Below are positions 59,295 to 64,000 of a stretch of DNA of 64,000 nt, piece after piece (positions within the stretch are counted from its first letter, which is position 1; each line of letters starts with the position of its first letter). The stretch is taken from positions 11,229-75,228 of the forward strand of contig JAYKHS010000027.1 of assembly GCA_035285865.1 (NCBI GenBank). Direction: 5' to 3'. The position numbers and the translations under genes were made by a program. The notes beneath the pieces are model-generated. The model saw nothing but the letters and a program-made list of their open reading frames with translations. It made no database searches and had not been told where the DNA came from. This DNA comes from Candidatus Sericytochromatia bacterium (GTDB taxonomy: Bacteria; Cyanobacteriota; Sericytochromatia; S15B-MN24; VGJW01).

Positions 59295-62242
59295 CGCTTC
59301 CCCTTGCCCGGCCGACGCACGAACTGCCGGATGAAGGCGAGACGGGCCTCGGCTTCGTTGCGCTGCGTGGCAGGGGCGAGCTTCTCGCCGGCAAGTGCCT
59401 TGTAGATACGCTCGGCGTCGTCCCAGCGGCCACGCGCTTCCAGCATCTGCCCGCGCAACAGGCGCGCCTGTGCCCGCCACGCCGAGAGTCCGGACCCCGG
59501 TGCCTTGGGCCACGCCCCATCCGCAAGCGGCTTGACGATCTCCTCGGCATCCTCGAACCGGGACTGACTGACGAGCGTCGACGCCAGCCAGTAACGGGCC
59601 TTCCAGTGCGCCTCGCCTTGCGGCAGACCACGCACCGCCACCCTGAGCGCGAAGGCCGCCTCGTCCAGATCCTGCCGACGCACCATGCGCTCGCCATAGG
59701 CCATCCAGGATGCGGCCCGCACGGCGATGTCGGCCGAGGCGTCCTGCATCCAGCGATCGAGCGTGTTCCGCTCGCGCTCCGGCAGGTCCAGCGCGGCAAG
59801 ATTCCGGCACAGGCGCTCCCAGAAGGGGTCCCGAGCTTCCTTATCCTGCGCGAGGATATCCTCGAGGCCGTCAGCCGCCCCCATGCGGTCTCCGGCCTTC
59901 TCGAGCGCCTCGATCCTGGCCATCCGGGTCCTCGCATCCTGATTCGGCAATCTCGCCCAGGTGGCGGCCGCCGCACGCCACTGCCCCGCAGCGGCGTGAC
60001 CCTCGGCCACCTGACGGAGCAGACCGTCGGCCCAAGGGCTGGCAGAGGCCACGCCCGTGAGCAGGGAACCGGCCCCCGCCCAGGCACCGGTCGCGATCTG
60101 GGCCTCGATGAGGGGCTTCCAGAGTTGGTCCTGATCCTCCGGCAGGCCCCGGGCCTCTGCAGCGAGGCGGCCATAATACGCGGCGGCCCTCTCGGCTTCA
60201 CCTGCCCTGCTCCAGGCCACGGCGGCCGCCAAACGGTCCCGACGCGTCTGCGCCGCATCTAGGGTGGGGTCATCGAGCAGCGCGTCCAGCACGGCTGCGG
60301 CCTCGGCCCAGCGTGCGGCCTTCTGCAACATCTCGGCCTGGTTGCGGCGCGCCAGCAGCCCACGCTCACCCCCCAATGCCACGCAAGCGCCATACTGGGC
60401 TGCCGCGGCCACCCAGTCACCCTCGTCCGCCATGGCCTCGGCAAGCCACCATGCAGCATCGGCGCCGCGCGCCGGGTCGGCGTCCGCGGCAATCTCGGCC
60501 AGCAAGGCACGTGCGGCGCCCGGACGGCCGGCATCGAGCAACAGCAGACCCAGGTGGTAACGGGCATCCCGACGCCGTCGGCCGTCGGCGAGGCGGCGCG
60601 AGGCCTCCTCGAAGGCACGGATGGCCAGGACATGGGCTTCGGTCTCGAGCCGAGCCCACGCGAGGCCATACCAGGCGTCGGCGACACGCGGCGATTCCGG
60701 ATGGTCGCGGACCAGCTCCTCGAACAACCTCGCGGCCTCTGCGTGTCGGTCGCTTCGGGATGCGGCCTCGGCCTGCCAGAACAGGGCCTCCGCGCGCAAC
60801 TTCGGATCGCCGACCTTGGCAAAGGCGGCCTCGGCGGCAGCCTCATCCCCTGCGCGCAGGTAGGCAAGACCCAGCTTGAAGACGACGGAGGCTCCCTTGC
60901 CGCCCAACAGCAGCAGCGCATCGGGACGACTGGCGAGGCGCTGGTAATTGACGATGGCCTCCGCCGTGCGTCCTTGACTGAGTTGTGCCTCGGCAAGGAG
61001 CCAGAGGGCCGCGGAAGCCATGCGTCCGCCGGGATGGTCCCGCACGATCGAGGCCGCGAGCGCGAGGGCGGCCCCCGTCTGGCCGCCGCGCAGCGCGAGA
61101 CCGGCCCGCTGGAAAAGCGCCTGCTCGGTCCAGGCCGCATCGCCGAGCGCCTCGACCTCCTGATAGCGGGCATCGGCCTCCTCGAGGCGCCCGAGATCCT
61201 GCAGCAGCCGACCCTCGAGATATCGCGCAGGAGCCTGCAGCACGCCGGCCCACGCTTCACGTCGATGGTCCTCGACGACGGCGAGGGCCTCCGCGCCGCG
61301 ACGCAAGCGCCATAGAGCCCAGGCTCGGCCCACCAGCGCCATGTCGCGAAGCGGACGTGACGGGGCGGCCTTGGCCCACGCCTCGGCGGCTCGCGCCCAG
61401 TCTTCTTCCCGTGCGGCCGCTTCCCCCTGCAACATGGCGAGGGTGGCCGCGACGTCGACACCGGGCAAATCCGGATAGCCCTCGGCCACATAACGGGCGA
61501 GCGCATCGGCGGCGGGGCCGGGGCGTCCGGTTCTCAGGTGGTGGTTCACGACCTCGAGTTGGGCCAATCCGCCCCTGCGAGAGCCCGGAGCGAGCCGCGC
61601 CACGTCCTGGAAGCGACCGAGCGCAAAGGCAACATGGCCGGTTGCCTTGGCCGCGAGACCCGAGAGCCACATGGCCTCGAGCAGGGCCGCAGCATGCGCG
61701 GTGTCGGCACCGACGCCGCGCGGAGCCTCCAACACGGGCCTGAGGACCTTGAGCGCCTCTGCGGGCTGGCCCGCCGCCACGCAAAGCCGGGCCAACTCAT
61801 TGCGGAGGGCTTCCGCACGCGCACCCTCGACGCCGGGCAGCAGGGCCTCGAGGCGCGCGCGCGCACGCGCGGGGCGTCCCGTGCGCAGATTCAGCCAGGC
61901 CAGCGCGGCAAGGGCCTCCGCGTAATAGGGGCTCTGCGCCGGCACGGACTCCCAGGCGGCGATCGCCGTTTCAAGCGCACCCGAGCGCATGGCACCTCGG
62001 GCGTTCCAGACCAGCGCCCGCTCCTCATCGGGTGTCTCGGGCGCGCCGGATCCTGCGCGCTGCGGCAGCCAAGCCCAGCCGCCACGACGTGCCAGACGCT
62101 CGGCGTCGAGGACGGTGCCCCGCGATCGTGCGAAGGCCGGACCCGCCCAAACGCCCAGAGACGCGACGGCGACGGAAAGGACAACCGACAGGGCAGCGGC
62201 CCTGCGACGCGCCGCCCCTGCTGGTCCGTGCACCATGGGCAT
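59291..62242 (-). CDS. Large exported tetratricopeptide-repeat protein
   Basis: Signal peptide ending GPAFA; many TPR units (EALFWQAEA, DAWYGLAWA, ARYHLG, ARYWLA). Confidence 0.85.
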   Translation of the reverse strand: MPMVHGPAGAARRRAAALSVVLSVAVASLGVWAGPAFARSRGTVLDAERLARRGGWAWLPQRAGSGAPETPDEERALVWNARGAMRSGALETAIAAWESVPAQSPYYAEALAALAWLNLRTGRPARARARLEALLPGVEGARAEALRNELARLCVAAGQPAEALKVLRPVLEAPRGVGADTAHAAALLEAMWLSGLAAKATGHVAFALGRFQDVARLAPGSRRGGLAQLEVVNHHLRTGRPGPAADALARYVAEGYPDLPGVDVAATLAMLQGEAAAREEDWARAAEAWAKAAPSRPLRDMALVGRAWALWRLRRGAEALAVVEDHRREAWAGVLQAPARYLEGRLLQDLGRLEEADARYQEVEALGDAAWTEQALFQRAGLALRGGQTGAALALAASIVRDHPGGRMASAALWLLAEAQLSQGRTAEAIVNYQRLASRPDALLLLGGKGASVVFKLGLAYLRAGDEAAAEAAFAKVGDPKLRAEALFWQAEAASRSDRHAEAARLFEELVRDHPESPRVADAWYGLAWARLETEAHVLAIRAFEEASRRLADGRRRRDARYHLGLLLLDAGRPGAARALLAEIAADADPARGADAAWWLAEAMADEGDWVAAAAQYGACVALGGERGLLARRNQAEMLQKAARWAEAAAVLDALLDDPTLDAAQTRRDRLAAAVAWSRAGEAERAAAYYGRLAAEARGLPEDQDQLWKPLIEAQIATGAWAGAGSLLTGVASASPWADGLLRQVAEGHAAAGQWRAAAATWARLPNQDARTRMARIEALEKAGDRMGAADGLEDILAQDKEARDPFWERLCRNLAALDLPERERNTLDRWMQDASADIAVRAASWMAYGERMVRRQDLDEAAFALRVAVRGLPQGEAHWKARYWLASTLVSQSRFEDAEEIVKPLADGAWPKAPGSGLSAWRAQARLLRGQMLEARGRWDDAERIYKALAGEKLAPATQRNEAEARLAFIRQFVRRPGKGKR

Positions 62243-62306
62243 GGTCCCATGGTGGCCAACGTCGGTCGCTACCGCAAGGCGACCGATCACACCCCGTGGA
62301 GGGAAG

Positions 62307-63605
62307 ATGCCCCGACTGCCGAGCATCGCGGCCTATCCCCCATTCGCGGCGGTCCTCGCCTTGTGCAGCCTGCCGGTGTTCCTCTGGCTGCCGACACTGT
62401 ACGGCAAGCTCGGCGTGGGCCTGGGTCTGATCGGCTTGGTGCTGCTGGGCGCACGCCTCGCGGATGCCGTGCTGGATCCTTGGATCGGGCGCGGCTGCGA
62501 CCAATGGCGCATCGGTCCCCGGGGGGTCCTCGCCATTGCCGCACCCTGCCTCGCCCTGTCCGTGGCCGCCCTCTTCCGGCCGCCGGCCGGCGTGCCGGTG
62601 CTGCCGTGGCTGGCGGGCAGCCTCGCGGCGTTCACCGTGGCTTTCAGCGCGGCCTCAATCGCCCATACCGCCCTGGCCATGGCCTGGGGAGCCGGACAGG
62701 CAGACGGGACCCGCCTCTGGACAATCCGTGAGGGCTTCGGGCTGGTGGGCACCCTCACGGCCACCATCCTGCCTCACGTCCTCGGTGGGGAAGGCCATCC
62801 CGAACAGGGGCTCGCCCTCATGGCGGCAGGCCTGCTGGTGGCGGTGCCCGTTCTCGCCCTGCCGGCGCTGTGGCTTCCGCATGACGACAGAACCGTGAGC
62901 CAGCGCGGGGATGCCGCTGAGGAACCGGGTGGTTGGCGCGCCACGCTGGCACCGCTTGCCGATCCCGTCTTCCGGAGACTTCTGGGTGTGTTCCTGGTCA
63001 ACGGCACCGCCAGTGCCCTGCCCGCGGCCACCGTCGTGTTCTACGTCAAGGACCGCCTCGGTGCCGGCAACCTGCTGCCGGTTTTCCTGATCCTCTACAT
63101 GCTGGCGGGCGCGGCCGGCATGCCCTGGTGGACGCGCCGAGCCGCCACCACGGGCCATCGACGCGCCTGGCAGGAGGCCATCCTGCTCGCGACCTGCGCC
63201 TTCGTCTGGGCGACGTTCCTCGGCGAAGGCCAGGTACTGGCCTATGGAGCCGTGTGCGTGGCCGCGGGTCTCGCACTCGGGGCAGAGGTCGCGCTGCCGC
63301 CGGCCATGGTGGCGAACGGCCTGACCCAAGGCGGGCGGGCGCATCTTGCGGGGCGAGCCTTCGGGCTCATGGGCACGGCCGGCAAGATCAATCTGGCGCT
63401 GGCCAGTGCCATAAGCCTGCCGTTGCTCGAATTCATGGGTTTCGTGACGGGGAAGGCCAACACCACGGCGGCCCTCGTGACGCTGGGCATCGTCTACGCC
63501 GGCCTGCCCTGCCTCCTGAAACTCTGGGCATGGCAACTGCTGGGCAAGGTCGGCGACGGGGCCCAATTGACCGGGCCCCCGGCGCAAGCGCCGGAGGCCC
63601 GATAA
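62307..63605 (+). CDS. MFS transporter (GPH/MFS_2-like)
   Basis: About 12 hydrophobic segments; ARLADAVLDPWIG motif. Confidence 0.85.
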   Translation: MPRLPSIAAYPPFAAVLALCSLPVFLWLPTLYGKLGVGLGLIGLVLLGARLADAVLDPWIGRGCDQWRIGPRGVLAIAAPCLALSVAALFRPPAGVPVLPWLAGSLAAFTVAFSAASIAHTALAMAWGAGQADGTRLWTIREGFGLVGTLTATILPHVLGGEGHPEQGLALMAAGLLVAVPVLALPALWLPHDDRTVSQRGDAAEEPGGWRATLAPLADPVFRRLLGVFLVNGTASALPAATVVFYVKDRLGAGNLLPVFLILYMLAGAAGMPWWTRRAATTGHRRAWQEAILLATCAFVWATFLGEGQVLAYGAVCVAAGLALGAEVALPPAMVANGLTQGGRAHLAGRAFGLMGTAGKINLALASAISLPLLEFMGFVTGKANTTAALVTLGIVYAGLPCLLKLWAWQLLGKVGDGAQLTGPPAQAPEAR

Positions 63606-63620
63606 GGAACGACGTCGGGA

Positions 63621-64000
63621 CTACTTGATCTCGACGGTGGCGCCTTCGGCCACGAGCTTGGTCTTGAGCTCTTCGGCCTCTTCCTTCTTGCACTTCTCCT
63701 TGATGGCCTTCGGAGCGGAATCGACCAGCTCCTTGGCTTCCTTGAGGCCCAGGCCGGTCAGCTCGCGCACGACCTTGAGCACCTGGATCTTCTTGTCGCC
63801 GGCGTTGGTGAGGATGACGTCGAACTCCGTCTTCTCTTCCTCGGCAGCGGGGGCAGCAGCGCCACCGACCGCAGCCACGGCCACGGGGGCAGCCGCGCTG
63901 ACGCCGAACTTCTCTTCCATCATCTTGACGAGGTCAGCAACCTCGAGCAGGGGCATGGCGCCGATCGCGTCGACGATCTCTTCCTTGGTAAGCGTAGGCA
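63621..64000 (-). CDS. rplL: 50S ribosomal protein L7/L12 (first base of the start codon lies outside the window)
   Basis: [20 protein letters not shown]...[10 protein letters not shown]...KTEFDVIL...[11 protein letters not shown]...GATVEIK. Confidence 0.98.
   Translation of the reverse strand, partial: PTLTKEEIVDAIGAMPLLEVADLVKMMEEKFGVSAAAPVAVAAVGGAAAPAAEEEKTEFDVILTNAGDKKIQVLKVVRELTGLGLKEAKELVDSAPKAIKEKCKKEEAEELKTKLVAEGATVEIK

Overview
GC-rich (roughly 70%) bacterial chromosomal segment, densely coding and mostly housekeeping: rsmE, an HD-GYP protein, tandem-domain thyX, rpmE, secA, prfB with its programmed +1 frameshift, an ADP-heptose/LPS cluster, larE-larB-larC, xth, ispD, deoB, pdp, mutS, tRNA-Thr(TGT), pth-prs-glmU-rsgA-rlmN-rsmB, gcvT-H-PA-PB with a LipM/LplA-family ligase, a TPR/beta-barrel/TonB operon and rplL. 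LPS and TonB genes indicate a diderm. IctB-like and DUF4330-like genes with no photosynthesis genes in view suggest, by inference only, a non-photosynthetic relative of Cyanobacteria such as Sericytochromatia. The most unusual region is about 28.6-33.8 kb. It holds a tandem array of four small paralogous, signal-peptide-free amphipathic proteins (MGGxANxxxGIxQG...AIGxFVP). Each copy has its own conserved upstream motif and 3' hairpin, and one copy has lost its ATG. The array lies upstream of an uncharacterised GGL-repeat protein, a GNAT acyltransferase and a peptidoglycan-binding protein. Other notable points are a lipoprotein with a compositionally foreign C-terminal segment, a DUF4388-MshEN fusion and recurrent signatures of leaderless genes. 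All family calls come from motif recognition by eye; no searches were run.
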